The position numbers and the translations under genes are program-made. This document shows, piece by piece, positions 48,241 to 62,779 of a stretch of DNA of 64,000 nt (within the stretch, counting starts at the first letter, position 1; each line of letters begins with the position of its first letter). This DNA is from Bispira polyomma (lineage: Eukaryota). The DNA lies in NCBI GenBank assembly GCA_965649765.1, contig OZ287756.1, positions 7,874,001 through 7,938,000 on the forward strand, in the 5' to 3' direction. Below the pieces are notes generated by a model. That model did not search any database and was not told where the DNA came from. It saw only the letters and a list, made by a program, of their open reading frames with translations.

Positions 48241-51200
48241 CAGACACAATCCAAGTAGTGTACAATTCATTTTGTAGCTCACTCTGTTGTTTCTATGTAA
48301 ACCACAGCAAACGGGCTGGACCTAATACCTCAATAGCTGTTCCTTTGTTATTGAGTAGTGTCCCCGTTGAGTTCTACTATAAAACTGTCAAAGTTCAGAA
48401 GAAAACTTCTTTAGCATGCTTACCCCGTTTAATTTGCTCAGTCTACACACTCACACCCTTCCTTAAGAACTGGCTGTGTTGTAGGATTATATGATTAGTT
48501 TACTGATATGGCTGTTTTTATGAGCGCTTTAAGCTAGGTATCTTTTAAAGCACATAAAAAATACACAACACAATAAATGCAATCACACTTTCTTTTCCCT
48601 CCTATTGGACTCGGATAATATTGGTCGGATGAAGGGCACTTCTGGGTCTATTTGGATAGGTAGAGTGTTGAAGAGCATATGAAATCCGTCCCCTGATATT
48701 CTTATTTATGTACATATTACCATGATGTATTTCATGCAGTATATTTTTCTTTATTTGTCTGTTGGCCTTTTCAATTATGAAAATACCCCATCAGGGATTT
48801 GTATATGCTAAAGAATTCAAAAAATAGTTGTAACCTTTTTTGGGTGTCTGTAGGTTTTTATATATTAGTATGTATGGTGCAGGGAAGTATACACTAGGTC
48901 TGCAGGTACTTCAATTTTAACTTAAGATGCTTTGTATTAATTAACCTGGTAAATGCATCTTCTGTGGTATGCATCCTCTTTCACAACCTAACAATGAGAG
49001 TAGTCTAATAGAAAGAAAGGGTTTGTAATTGAAAAATTCAGTCGCAATCAGCGATATGTAAGTTATAGTGGAAACGAGTGAGTTAATACGGACAAGGTTT
49101 GAGCATGAAACCATACAGTGGCTGGTGCTGGTTGGCTGTAATTGTAATTGTAGTTAGACTTTTAATTATAGGTCAAATGTGGTCAATGATATTGAGTAAA
49201 TCATTTGGTCAATGATATTGATCACTTTATTTGGGAACGAATAATGATTCTTTTTTTTCGGCAAAAAATATGCACTACTGAGACACTTAAAGACTACACA
49301 CATTAAATAACACACTGAAAAAGTTTCTGTTGAGCAAGTATATCAGGTTTCCAACAGCTCCACTTCATATATTTCTACTTTAATTAAGCCTTTGAGTCAT
49401 ACTTTTATTTGACAGGATGCTATATGTATGTCTTTGGTTGCAAAATAAGTCTATATACTGTTTCACAAAGGCATTAAGAAGTGGACAAATATGTTTTGAA
49501 AGCCTTACAGTTGCAAAGGACTGAAGAACCCCCCATCCCCGACTTGTGATTGTGATATAATATGGCTTCTTTGAATGTGACGTAAAACTGGAAATACATC
49601 TATATTTCACCCATTGGCCAAGCATACTTTGTGGTGCAGTTCCAAACAGAGCAGCAAGGTGTCTTTTGATGGCATAACATGATGTTACATTAAAAAATTA
49701 TATTCGTAAAAAATAACAGCGAAAAAGTTATATTCGAAAAAACTAACAGTAATCACTGTACACTGTATTCTCCAAAATGTTTTCTTGTGGGATAATAAAA
49801 AGTTAATAATTGTCATGACAAATCGACCCATAGAAACCGAAAGAGCTGTAAAAAGAAATGTTAGATCTTTTGGGTTAATTTTGATTTTGAAATGTAATAT
49901 ACATACAGTTTGTACCAAACCACAGTAAATTATTTGCTACACAGTAATTGAGCCAAATATGTTATATCCTTGTGTGTATCCTGTTCTTAAGGGTTGCACT
50001 TCACAGGGTTTAAAGACGCTTCAGGACAGACGCATATGTATTCCAGCATCCAGGCACCAAATATTTACTTTCGAAGCTTGCATGGTGTCTTCTATTGTAC
50101 CAAAAGCTAACTGCGAAGTTACAAAAACATAGATGGCATAAGACAAAACCACTTCAATAACAGAAAACTATAGACATCTCAATTGTACTATTCTATAAAG
50201 AACTAAAAGGACACAATATAGCCCATACCTCAACTAAAAGTGAAAAAAATTACTATAAGTGTCCTTCTTCCTGGATCTTCCAGAAAAGGTAAATGGATAC
50301 ACCATCCCTACATATGTTGATACCATGATCTGCTTGTATGTACAAATGTCCTAATTTAGAATATTCACGATAAAATGAACTTCTGAATAAATGACAATAA
50401 AAATACTAAAAGTGTGCAATGAACAAAAATACCAGTGTACATGTTGAACCTGTACATTACTGTAGGAGAGCTTTAGAAACCAGAACAATGAAACATGGTG
50501 AAGTAAATGTTTAGAAAATACCATAATAGACAGTCTTCATTATAGAAATAAAGTCCTGAAACTTCTACTTCATTTGCCAAATATATGGACGGCTTTCGGA
50601 TATAATAAACTATTGTCTATCGGAGCTAGTCCATTATTCTACAACTAGTGTCGGGCTGTATTCTCAAAATAAACTACCCACTTGAGGAATTTATTGCTGC
50701 GTCATATCACTAATAACAGGGAGCATAAAATTGCTACAGTGACACTAGCTAATGAAGCATTGTCAGATATATTGGTAGCTGTTGACACCATATGCAATCC
50801 AATGCTTTTGATTTTCTTTTTCTATAGGAAATCATATGAGTAGGAGACAATAAGCAGGATACAACATCAGAAGAAACAAAAGCTGCATGTGATAAAGTAT
50901 TTTACATGTCACACAGGGTTTGTATTGTACCAGTGTGTAGTCCCTTAAAGCAGGAGAGCCATTGACAACATAGAATGCGGCAAAACTATTTTAACAGAAT
51001 CACCTCATGTATGTTGTATAATTGGATGACAATTGCTTTTTACTGACTGAAGGTTAACAAAATATATTTCAAAATAACCCTCATGGACCACCAGATGGTG
51101 ATTAAATGTTAATAACATGATTTTGTGTCTACACATTTTTGTTTTACTGAGTAAACATGTTTTACAATTTTTGAAACTTTTTGGATGAAATATTCATATT

Positions 51201-52088
51201 TATGTGGAATCCCTATCAGTATATTTCGAAACTTTAAATACATTTTTATGGACAGTCAAAATTGGTAATAGAATAGGTATTTCTCAACACACTCCCCACC
51301 CACAAAAACCAGAATATTGAATGTTTCATCGACCACACACATGGACGTTTTACAAAATGTGGAGAAAACTTGCCTTGTACAGTCTGTTGTTAACTGTAAC
51401 ATTGTATAAGGTTATAATTTCTTGCTTTCAAAATTTAATCAAGCATTGTCTCTATTTTTGCAGTAACCTAACAAGCGACGATTGATGAAGTTCAAAACTG
51501 CTGTAGCATTCTCTAAAGGTACTAAGTTCCCAAGAAGAGATTCATCCATGAAGATTTTTTATCACCACCAAGTAAGCACGTATTTCCGGACAAAAATATG
51601 GATAAGTGATGATATTCAATTTGCACAGCTAATTCAAAATAATAGAAAGTTCAGGTAGTCCAGAAAACTGGTGATCATATCATTGGCAATAGCATCGTCA
51701 GAAACATTGATTACTCACAAAAAAATGACACATCAGTATTTCACATTAGTTTGAACGTGCCACCAAGCATGCCTCTGTTGTTTAAGACAATTTCTCCGGC
51801 CTCAAGCTTTGCATACATATGGATAAGGTAGCACTAGACTTGCTGAACGATGGTCGTGAACACTACAGATATTGTAAGCATTTACTATTTTGCTTAAACT
51901 GCTGGTCAAGGTATAATTACTGGTATTACAAGTATTACATTAAAGCTTGTACAAAACTAACCATAGGTAGGTACAATGCTTTTGTGAACTTTATAATGTT
52001 TCTTTGTATTAGTCACTGAAGTTGAATTCTTAGAATTTTCTTGTTCCTTGCCGAATCAGATTTATTTAAAGTCTGTTTATTGAAAACA

Positions 52089-52162
52089 GGATTCGAACCC
52101 AGATTGGTGTGAAACCTGTGGTAGTGAAGCAGTGACTTCAACCACTGGACCATTGCTACCCC
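52089..52162 (-). mobile_element. tRNA-like SINE head
   Basis: The - strand reads GGGGTAGCAATGGTCCAGTGG (A box) ... GGGTTCGAATCC (B box). There is no matching acceptor stem. Confidence 0.6.
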
Positions 52163-53449
52163 TATTAAGAACAATCGAATTAAATATACAATAGGTTTCA
52201 ATGGCTACCACAATTGATTGACCTCTTGAACTAGATTAATTGTAGGAGTTGCTGTACACAACCAGAATTAGTAGTACATTTATTTTATCAATATGACTTA
52301 GCTAAAATGATGTGGCTTAAGACTTTTGCATGGTTAAGACAGACTTGTGTATTGTGTTATACTTACTCATGATGAAAATTTATAAGGTCATAGAGATTAA
52401 AATCTCTAGCTACTATACGATAAATGTCATGTCAGTACAAAGAAAATTAAAAAAATATATGTTTGATTGCGCTTACAGTAAAAGAGCCCCCACATATTAT
52501 CATTATTATACATTTTTATATATAAACACGCTTTATTGATGCTAGGCATTTTTTAAAGCGTAACCGCAGAATCAGTGATCCAATCGTATGATCCATTGGC
52601 AAAGCAAGCTATATCAGCTAGGTAATAAGCAAATATTTTAAAAACACATTGATAGTTTGGCCCCTAAAATGGGTGTCATGTGAATGTAATTATGGGTGGT
52701 GGACTCACATTACCTTGAGTTTTCTTTATATTGTGCACAATGTAGGTTTAAACAGCATCGCCTGTCAAGGGGACTGCTAACTCAGTCCACAAAATACTTT
52801 GTAACCCACCTGAAGTACTTTACCTGTTATACCCATCAATCCCATTCACATTTTCTGTCCATCAATACATTGACCAAATAGATTCCACCTAACTGTTTCA
52901 CATAGCTTCACTCATCCGTATTCATTATGATATTGAATAGAAAACACAAAGGATATCAGAAAATTCTATTTTCACACCACCTCCCTTTACTACAACACTG
53001 TAATCTTTTTCTGTCAGTTGGATTGTTAGTTTGTCACCAGGATTACACAAATAGTACTTTTTGTGGTGATGGAATTGAAGCACAGTTCAAGGATTCAAAT
53101 AGTTTAGTTTGTGTTTAACATTCCTTTTAATACACTTGCGTCATATGATGTAAGATGTTAACTGAGGGGAGAAAATCAGAAAACTGGGTAATTCCAAATA
53201 AACAGCCTTTATCAAGTCTACTTTCCCACATACGCGTAAGTATTGCCATTCAAACCCATGTGGTGAGCCGACGTGGGAGGTACTGTGTTATCACTACAGC
53301 GACGAGGCCCCATAGATCAAGGAAGAACCCACTATCTTTTGGGTGGAAAAGATTGAAGCACTTCTTGGCACTGTAATGCATAAGCAGATGTATCTGATGT
53401 CTTGATAGAGTACCTTTCTAGTTTTGAAATAAAGTCTCACAGGACATTG

Positions 53450-53602
53450 GGGGTCACAGTGGCTACAGTGGTTAGAATCGCTTGCTAATACTGGTCTCTA
53501 ATTTGTCAGGTATTTTTCGGTATGTCAGTATTTTCTTTTGCCATTAAATCTGCCCATTGTGATATGACATAAGCTGTAGATAGCGAAGTAAATACCCAAC
53601 TA
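53450..53602 (+). mobile_element. Internally deleted SINE (duplicate at 58421-58572)
   Basis: GTGGCTACAGTGGTTAG A-box head and a GCGAAGTAAATACC tail. Confidence 0.55.
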
Positions 53603-54572
53603 AGTTAATATTGGATATTAAAATGCTTGGCATTGTAAGCAAGCTAGGCTAACATTGAATATATTATCAGGACAATCTGAACCAGCTACTCGACATCTGT
53701 GCCCACAGTAATTAGTGTTTGTTTCCAATGAAAAGTAATACAAACATAAATTTGCCAGTGTTAACTTCACTAATGGAAATAAAAACAGGGTATTCAATTT
53801 GTCCAAATGATATTTGCAACATTCTGAATAAATTAACTGTCTGTTAGTAAGTGAAATATCTACCAGCCACTGAAAACACAGCTTTCAAATCAGCCTGATT
53901 AACAGCAATTTATGTGGTCACATGATATTATCTGGTGGCTGGTGGACTGTCAGATTTGTCAACCAAGTAGAGAACAAATGAAATTAAAATTTATTACTAA
54001 AGATACAGTAAAATAAAATATTACTGGCTTTTGGGCATAAGGCCACCTCTACCATCTGGTACATTGCACTGATGTTTTCAAAGGGACTTTTGTGAAACCA
54101 ATTTCATTTAAGGTTACCTTAACCAAAAACTTTATTATCTTAAACTCAACATTGGATGACCTCAAACTCAGCTTAAGGTAACCCTGCACATTTAGCTAAG
54201 GTGACCTTATGTCCATCTCAAAACAACTGTATATATATATCAAGCATAGTATTAACATAAAACTAATATTTTAACCACACTTCCTAACTTGTCTTGGTAA
54301 ATTATTATATCGTGATATCTGAAACCCCTTGGCACTGATGACTGATTACAACTGCTGATTAAAGTTTTTCAGTAATGTGTTATACACACATGTATAGGAA
54401 AGAACCTTATGTGGATAATAAAGGTCTAACAAATAATTTGAGGAATAGAGTACATATTTAAATTTAATAGAATTACGTTTTTGCAGCTTACCAAACTTGT
54501 TCATATTCCTTTAAACAATAAGACTAGTACAGGAGTATTGAGTAATTTATACACTTGTAGATATGTTGGACT

Positions 54573-57500
54573 ATAGGATTAGTTTACTGATATGGCTGTT
54601 TTTATGAGCATTTTATGCTAGGTATCTTTTAAAGCACATAAAAAATACACAACACAATAAATGCAATCACACTTTCTTTTCCCTCCTATTGGACTCGGAT
54701 AATATTGGTCGGATGAAGGGCACTTCTGGGTCTATTTGGATAGGTAGAGTGTTGAAGAGCATATGAAATCCATCCCCTGGTATTCTTATTTATGTACATA
54801 TTACCATGATGTATTTCATGCAGTATATTTTTCTTTATTTGTCTGTTGGCCTTTTCAATTATGAAAATACCCCATCAGGGATTTGTATATGCTAAAGAAT
54901 TCAAAAAATAGTTGTAACCTTTTTTGGGTGTCTGTAGGTTTTTATATATTAGTATGTATGGTGCAGGGAAGTATACACTAGGTCTGCAGGTACTTCAATT
55001 TTAACTTAAGATGCTTTGTATTAATTAACCTGGTAAATGCATCTTCTGTGGTATGCATCCTCTTTCACAACCTAACAATGAGAGTAGTCTAATAGAAAGA
55101 AAGGGTTTGTAATTGAAAAATTCAGTCGCAATCAGCGATATGTAAGTTATAGTGGAAACGAGTGAGTTAATACGGACAAGGTTTGAGCATGAAACCATAC
55201 AGTGGCTGGTGCTGGTTGGCTGTAATTGTAATTGTAGTTAGACTTTTAATTATAGGTCAAATGTGGTCAATGATATTGAGTAAATCATTTGGTCAATGAT
55301 ATTGATCACTTTATTTGGGAACGATTAATGATCCTTTTTTTTCGGCAAAAAATATGCACTACTGAGACACTTAAAGACTACACACACTAAATAACACACT
55401 GAAAAAGTTTCCGTTAAGCAAGTATATCAGGTTTCCAACAGCTCCACTTCATATATTTCTACTTTAATTAAGCCTTTGAGTCATACTTTTATTTGACAGG
55501 ATGCTATATGTATGTCTTTGGTTGCAAAATAAGTCTATATACTGTTTCACAAAGGCATTAAGAAGTGGACAAATATGTTTTGAAAGCCTTACAGTTGCAA
55601 AGGACTGAAGAATCCCCCATCCCCGACTGCCCATTGTGATATAATATGGGTTCTTTGAATGTGACATAAAACTGGAAATACATCTATATTTCACCCATTG
55701 GCCAAGTATCCTCTGTGGTGCAGTTCCAAGCAGAGCAGCAAGCTGCTAGTCTTTTGATGGCATAACACTATGATGTTATATTAAAAAATTTATATTTGTA
55801 AAAAATAACAGTGAAAAAGTTATATTCGACAAAAAATAACAGTGATCACTGTACACTGTATTCTCCAAAATGTTTTCTTGTGGGATAATAAAATGTTAAT
55901 AATTGTCATGACAAATCGACCCATTGAAACCGAAAGAGCTGTAAAAAGAAATGTTAGATATTTGGGGTTAATTTTGATTTTGAAATGTAATATATATACA
56001 ATTTGTACCAAACCACAGTAATTTATCTGCTACACAGTAATTGAGCCAAATGTGTTCCTTACTGTGGGCTGCTGGTTTCTCTGCAGAACCTTGACCGACT
56101 GTATGCAGTGTTTCCTCCAGCGTTTCCAACTACCCGTCCCAATATAACCTACTAAAAGGTACTAGAGTGGACGTTAAATATCCAAATTCAAATTCCTGGA
56201 TCTTCCAGAATAAGTAAATGGATACACCATCCTTGCCTGTGCCCCACCCTTCTTCTAAATTTCATGTAAATCAGTTCATTATTTTATTTTGTATAAACGT
56301 AGCAACAAACAGACTAACTAACATACATATGTTGATACCATGATCTGCTTGTATGTACAAATGTCCTAATTTAGAATATTCACGATAAAATGAACTTCTG
56401 AATAAATGACAATAAAAATACTAAAAGTGTGCAGTGAACAAAAATACCAGTGTACATGTTGAACCTGTACATTACTGTGGGAGAGCTTCAGAAACCAGAA
56501 CAATGAAACATGGTGAAGTAAAAGTTTAGGAAATACCATAATAGACAGTCTTCATCATAGAAATAAAGTCCTGAAACTTCTACTCTATTTGCCAAATAAA
56601 TGGACGGCTTTCGCGTATAACAAACTATTGTCTATCGGAGCTAGTCCATTATTCTACGACTAGTGTCGGTCTGTATTCTCAACATAAACTACCCACTTGA
56701 GGAATTTATTGCTGCATCATATCACTAATAACAGGGAGCAGAAAATTGCTGCAGTGACACTATCTATTGAAGCATTGTCAGGCACATTGGTAGCTGTTGA
56801 CACCATATGCAATCCAATGCTTTTGATTTTCTTTTTCTGTATGAAATCCTATGAGTAGGCGACAATGAGTAGGAGACAACATCAAAAGAAATAAAAGCTG
56901 CATGTGACAAAGTATTTTACATGTCATACAGGGTTTGTATTGTACCCGTGTGTAGTCCCTTTAAGCAGGAGAGTCATTGACAACATGGAATGCGGCAAAA
57001 CTATGTTAACAGAATCACCTCATGTATGTTGTATAATTGGATGACACTTGCTTTTTACTGACTGACTGTTAAAAATATATATTTAAAAATAACCCCCATG
57101 GACCACTAGATGGTGATTAAATGTTAATAACATGATTTTGTGTCTACACATTTTTGTTTTACTGAGTAAACATGTTTCATAATTTTTGAAACTTTTTGGA
57201 TGAAATAATTATATTTATGTGGAATCCCTATCAGTATATTTCCAAACTTTAAATACATTTTTATTGACAGTCAAAATTGGAAGCAGAATGGGTATTTCTC
57301 AACACACTCCCCACACACAAAAAAAAAACTATATTGAATGTTTCATCGTCCACAAACATGGACATTTTACAAAATGTTGAGAAAACTTGCCTTGTACAGT
57401 CTGTTGTAAACTGTAAAATTGTATAAGGTTTATAATTTCTTGCTCTCAAAATTTAATCAAGCATTGTCTCTACTTTTTTTTACATTTTTATATATAAACA

Positions 57501-59553
57501 CGCTTTATTGATGCTAGGCATCTTTTAAAGCGTAACCGCAGAATCAGTGATCCAGTCGTATGATCCGTTGACACAGCAAGCTATATCAACTAGGTAATAA
57601 GCAAATATTTTAAAAACACATTGATAGTTTGGCCCCTAAAATATGTGTCATGTGAATGTAATTATGGGGGGTGGACTCACATATTCTTGAGTTGTCTTTG
57701 TATTGTGCACAATGCAGGTTTCAACAGCCTGTCAAGGGGACTACCAACTCAGTCCACAAAATACTTTGTAACCCACCTGAAATACTTTACCTGTTATACC
57801 CATCAATCCCATTCACATTTTCTGTCCATCATTAGATTGTCCAACTAGATTCCACCTAACTGTTTTACATAGTTTCACTCCTCCATATTCATTATGACAT
57901 TGAACAGAAAACACAAAGGACATCAGAAAATTCTATTTTCACACCACCTCCCTTTACTACAACACTGTAGTCTTTTTCTGTCAGTTGGATTGTTAGTTTA
58001 TCACCAGGATTACACAAATACTACTTTTTTGTGGTGATGGAATTGAAGCATAGTTCAAGGACTTAAACAGATTAGTTTGTGTTTAACATTCCTTTTAATA
58101 CGCTTGTGTCAAATGATGTAAGATGTTTACTGAGGGGAGAAAATCAGAAAACTGGGTAAATTCCAAATAAACAGTCCACTTTCCCACATACACCATAATA
58201 TTGCCGTTCAAACCCATGTGGTGGGCCGACGTGGGAGGTAATGTGTTATCACTACAGCAACGAGGCCCCATAGATCAAGGGAAGAATCCACTACCTTTTG
58301 GGTGGAAAAGACTAAAGCACTTCTTGGCACTGTAATGCATAAGCAGATGTATCCGATGTCTTGATAGAGTACCTTTCTAGTTTTGAAATAAAGTCTCACA
58401 GGAAAAGTCTCACAGGACATTGGGGGTCACAGTGGCTATAGTGGTTAGAATCGCTTGCTAATACTGGTCTCTAATTTGTCAGGTATTTTTCGGTATGTCA
58501 GTATTTTCTTCCGCCATTAAATCTGCCTATTGTGATATGACATAAGCTGTAGACAGCGAAGTAAATACCCACCTCAATTAATATTGGATATTAAAATGCT
58601 TGGCATTGTAAGCAAGGCTAGGCTAACATTGAATATATTATCAGGACAATCTGAACCAGCTACTCGACATCTGTACCCACAGTAGTTAGTGTTTGTTTCC
58701 AATGAAAAGTAATACAGACATAAATTTACCAGTGTTACCTTCACTAATAGAAATAAAAACAGGGTATTCAAGTTGCCCAAATGGTATTTGCTACATTCTA
58801 AATAAATTAACTGTCTGTTAGTAAGTGAAATATCTACCAGCCACTGAAAACACAGCTTTCAAATCAGCTTGATAAACAGCAATTTATGTGGTCACATGAT
58901 ATTATCTGGTGTCTGGTGGGATGCCAAACCAGATTTGTCAGCCAAGTAGAGAACATAGTCAAATGAAATTAAAATTTATTACTAAAAATACAGTAAAATA
59001 AAATATTACTGGCTTTTAGGCAAAAGGCCACATCTACCATCTAGTACATTGCACTCATGTTTTCAAACAGACTTTTGTGAAACCAATTTCATTTAAGGTC
59101 ACCTTAACCAAAAACTTTACTATCTTAAACTCAATATAGGTTGACCTCAAACTGAGCTTAAAGTAACCCTTCACATTTATCTAAGATGACATTATGCCCA
59201 TCTTAAAACAACTGTATATATATATATATATATATCAAGCATAGTATTAACATAACAGTTTTTTAACCGCACTTCCTGACTTGTCTTGGTAAATTATTAT
59301 ATTGTGATATCTGAAACCCCTAGGCACTGATGACTGATTACAACTGCTGAATGAAGTGTTTTAGTAATATGTGTTATACACATATGTATAGGAAAATACC
59401 TTATGTGGATAATAAAAGTCTAACAAATAATTTGAGGAATAAAGTACATATTTAAATTTAATAGAATTACATTTTTGCAGCTTACCAAACTTGTTCATAT
59501 TATTTTAAACAATAAGACTAGTACAGGAGTATTGAGTAATTTATACACTTGTA
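54573..59553 (+). repeat. Tandem segmental duplication, copy B
   Basis: Starts GATTAGTTTACTGATATGGCTG as at ~48493 and is colinear to ...AGTAATTTATACACTTGTAG. Confidence 0.95.
56058..56195 (+). mobile_element. 5'-truncated copy of the 60200-60442 SINE
   Basis: High identity to the reverse complement of 60205-60327, with a CAAATTCAAATTC tail. Absent from copy A. Confidence 0.85.
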
Positions 59554-60192
59554 GGTAAATTTCATGTAATCCCCCAGTCCCTCCCAACAGAGACTATATT
59601 CTTTAGTGAATGTAACGCCAGTAATATATTATATTTACTACTCGTTGGAGACGGTTCATATCGACTGTGAGTTTACCTTTATGAGGGACAAAAGTGTGAT
59701 TCAAGTCACACTTAAATCCAAGTGAACACTTCTAACCTCCAATTAACCACCTTTTATAAAACAGGATGTATAATTTTAGCCACACTGGCTTTCTTAATGC
59801 TATCGGACAAAACCAAAGAACAAACCTGTACATACTCTATTTCTATAAATAGTACACAACTTTCATATCTTTCGTTAGAGTAATTTAGAGTAATGCAGTA
59901 GTGCACTTTTAGTGAATCCCCAGTGAAGAACAGGAATATATCCAGTAATTTATACATATGTAAATAAATGTCATGTAATCCCCCTGTGCCCTCCCAACAG
60001 AGAGGGAAAAAGATGCTAGCTTTCAGAATTCATAATGGGGTAATGTTACACAGTGCTACATCATATGCCAAAATTCTTACAAAGAAAAAAGGAGTTATAC
60101 TTTGCTGTAATACCCTAACGGGCCCTGGTGGCACAGTGATAACACAAACGGCCTCCACCTCTGCAGTCTCATCCCCTTGCTTCCGTGTGGGA

Positions 60193-60443
60193 TTTGAATT
60201 TTGATATTAAACGTCCACTCTAGTACCATTTAGTAGGTTATATTGGGACGGGTAATTGGAAATGCTGGCGGAAACACTACATACAGTTGATCAAGGTTCT
60301 GCACTGAAACCAGCCGCCCACAGTAAGCAACTACCACTTTTCCCACATAGGCATCGACGGGATTCGAACTCATGCCGCCCAGAGGTGAGAGACCAGTGAT
60401 TGTGAAGTGCAATGCTTGCTAACCACTAGGCCACTAGGGCCCC
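60193..60443 (-). mobile_element. Full-length tRNA-derived SINE (~250 bp)
   Basis: A box TGGCCTAGTGG, B box GTTCGAATC and a CAAATT-type tail. A degenerate ~13-bp TSD is visible: CTTCCGTGTGGGA (60180) / CTTCTGTTTGGGA (60445). Confidence 0.85.
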
Positions 60444-62779
60444 ACTTCTGTTTGGGAAATTTGACAATAGTTATACTGAAGGCCATTTGTAGGGCGGAGA
60501 ACCTTCCAATCGACTTCCATGTTATGAAATTCCCCCATCAGTGAACAGTGGCATGTCTTGGTGTGCCTCATAATATTTTGAAACTAGCTGAACCCTAAGC
60601 TAATCTAATTAAAAACTTTAAAGTTGATTATTATGTGTATTCATTTATTGTAAGCTTTAAAATTAGGAAATATATAGCCCACATATTGTGTTTTAGAAAG
60701 GATATAATCTTATTGATATATATATAATTGATGATGGTTGTATTGATATTTTCAAGCTGTATCAAACTTTCTAATGATTGCATGTACACAAAATAAGGTT
60801 AACTCACGTCTTATGTATATTTATGTAACAGATCATTTTTAACATAAAATGAAGCATTATACGACCATTGCAATAAGATTTTCTTATTTTGTATATTAGT
60901 TTTTCATCATGCATCTTTCAACTAGCATCATCAAGTTCTCTGTTGACGTTTGGAGTCCTATCACCTTTTAGAGAAATATAAAATAATTTCTTGTCAATTC
61001 TTTACAAAATGTTGTCCAGAGTACATAGAATGGTTACAAGAGGCACCCTCAAAGATAAATGTCACATTGACCCATTACTAAAGTAACTCTATCTAACCTT
61101 TACAGTCAAAATTTAAAGGAATTTGATCATGTTTTTGTGGAAAAAAAACCAAATTCATATTAGATCTTTTTGCAGTTCCAATCGATGACCACTGCACAAG
61201 TCTGTTATGAATTCTGGGTCAAGGTCGCCCCCTAGTCGCTTTGTTTAATACAATAACTCACTGGCATGTGTTTCTTTCTTGTCGTTTTAACATTCAGATG
61301 TCAAATTTTAAAGACACCTGTCAGCTGTTCTTATAATAATTAACTATTAAGTTTCAAGTGCTGCATGGTAAAAATACACATATTTAGATCAATGGCAAAA
61401 CAAATTCATCAATATAATTAAAACAAGAGGGCAAGGTTTACCCACAATGTACTTCACATCTCCAGTGGCTGATGAACAGTAAAAGGTCTATGTTTTGCAG
61501 GCAGCTTCGTTGTATGTCAACTTATTTAACGCTTATATTTCTGTTGTTTTTTTTCTGGTCATATTCAGTCTCAATAAAAAAATAAGTTCTATATTTTTAA
61601 TGACAGAGTTGACATTTAATTACTTTCATGTGAATCAGGTCAGTAGTTTTAGTGTAATTATGGTCACAACAATTTACCAACAGACACATTGGAGGGGGGG
61701 GGGGGGTGTATAACCTTAGTGGTGGTTATCAATACAATTGTTTTTCAATACAGTGCAACTGTTACCACTTTAGGTGACCTCCCAACCAATACCTGCTACT
61801 GCAAATCTAATAGAATATGATATGCAGATATTATTCATCCAAACAAAATATTTTTTTAATAAAGTCATTAAAGCATACATTTAAATAGAGTGAGATCATT
61901 ATTATGAGATTATTTTGATATTGATTATTTAATTGCTTTCGCACATCAGTTTGTAATAAACATTAGTATGATGACACATGAGCTTAATTGATTTTAAAAA
62001 CACTAAAATAATTTTTGGCTAAGGTAAGTAAGTTCTTTTTTTACTAATAAATGCAAGCAGAGCAGAAATACTATTTTGTATGGCCACATGACCTACATGG
62101 CCCACACTGTGTCCTGAATCATTAATATTGCAGGACGGAGGGTCGACAATGTCAATATCTTGCTGTCTAAATTAATATGTATTACTATGCATCCAATCGT
62201 GGCTGAAATATCATTAAATATTGTGTCCCGGTTTAAGTATAAGAGTGTTTACAAGTAACTACAAATGTATTAACACTAAGAACAATTATACAAACTGTTC
62301 TAATTATTTGCCATTACAATTATGTTTAACCCGCGTAATAAATCCTCACTATTTAAAAAAAAAAAATTAATGCATGTGTTGATTGTTACATTTGGATCAT
62401 ACATTAATTGACAGCAATTTACTTTTGAAACATGAAAAAAGAAACCCACAGTGACTTCTTTCCCCCAACAACCCTGGTGATGCAGCAGTTTTTGAATGAA
62501 TATGATGCCAATTTTATAGCCCCCCCCCCCCCCCCCCTCTCTCTACAGTCACAGGAAAAACAGCACACACAGGGAGAACAGCAGGCCTTAAGATTGGCCT
62601 GCATGTCAAACAGGGTCTTCCTGTAGACTCCCAGAAACATAATGTACTTAAGCTGGAGTGACGAGGTCCTTCGAAACTGGGTTACAATCCTTTTCCCTAT
62701 TTTCCATAGTTTTTGAAAGTTGCGTAAAGACCCAACTAAATTTTTAGGGTACAAGACAAGAAGCTTTGTATTGTAATCA

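Larger units (their letters stand above)
48485..54560 (+). repeat. Tandem segmental duplication, copy A (~6.1 kb)
   Basis: Colinear with 54573-59553. Carries an extra ~1.05 kb at ~51460-52505. Confidence 0.95.

Noticed and set aside
49380-49918. Duplicated ORFs (also 55464-56011, 53618 and 58574) as a host gene family
   Set aside because: Similarity is explained by the segmental duplication, with no recognisable domain or consistent frame.
52089-52162. Functional tRNA gene (also 60350-60443)
   Set aside because: A and B boxes are present but there is no proper cloverleaf or acceptor stem. These are SINE heads.
62419-62754. 111-aa ORF with IMFLGV, GKRIV and GGGA resembling RT/RNase H pieces
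   Set aside because: Motifs are out of canonical order and the Gly run comes from a poly-C tract. Cannot be supported.
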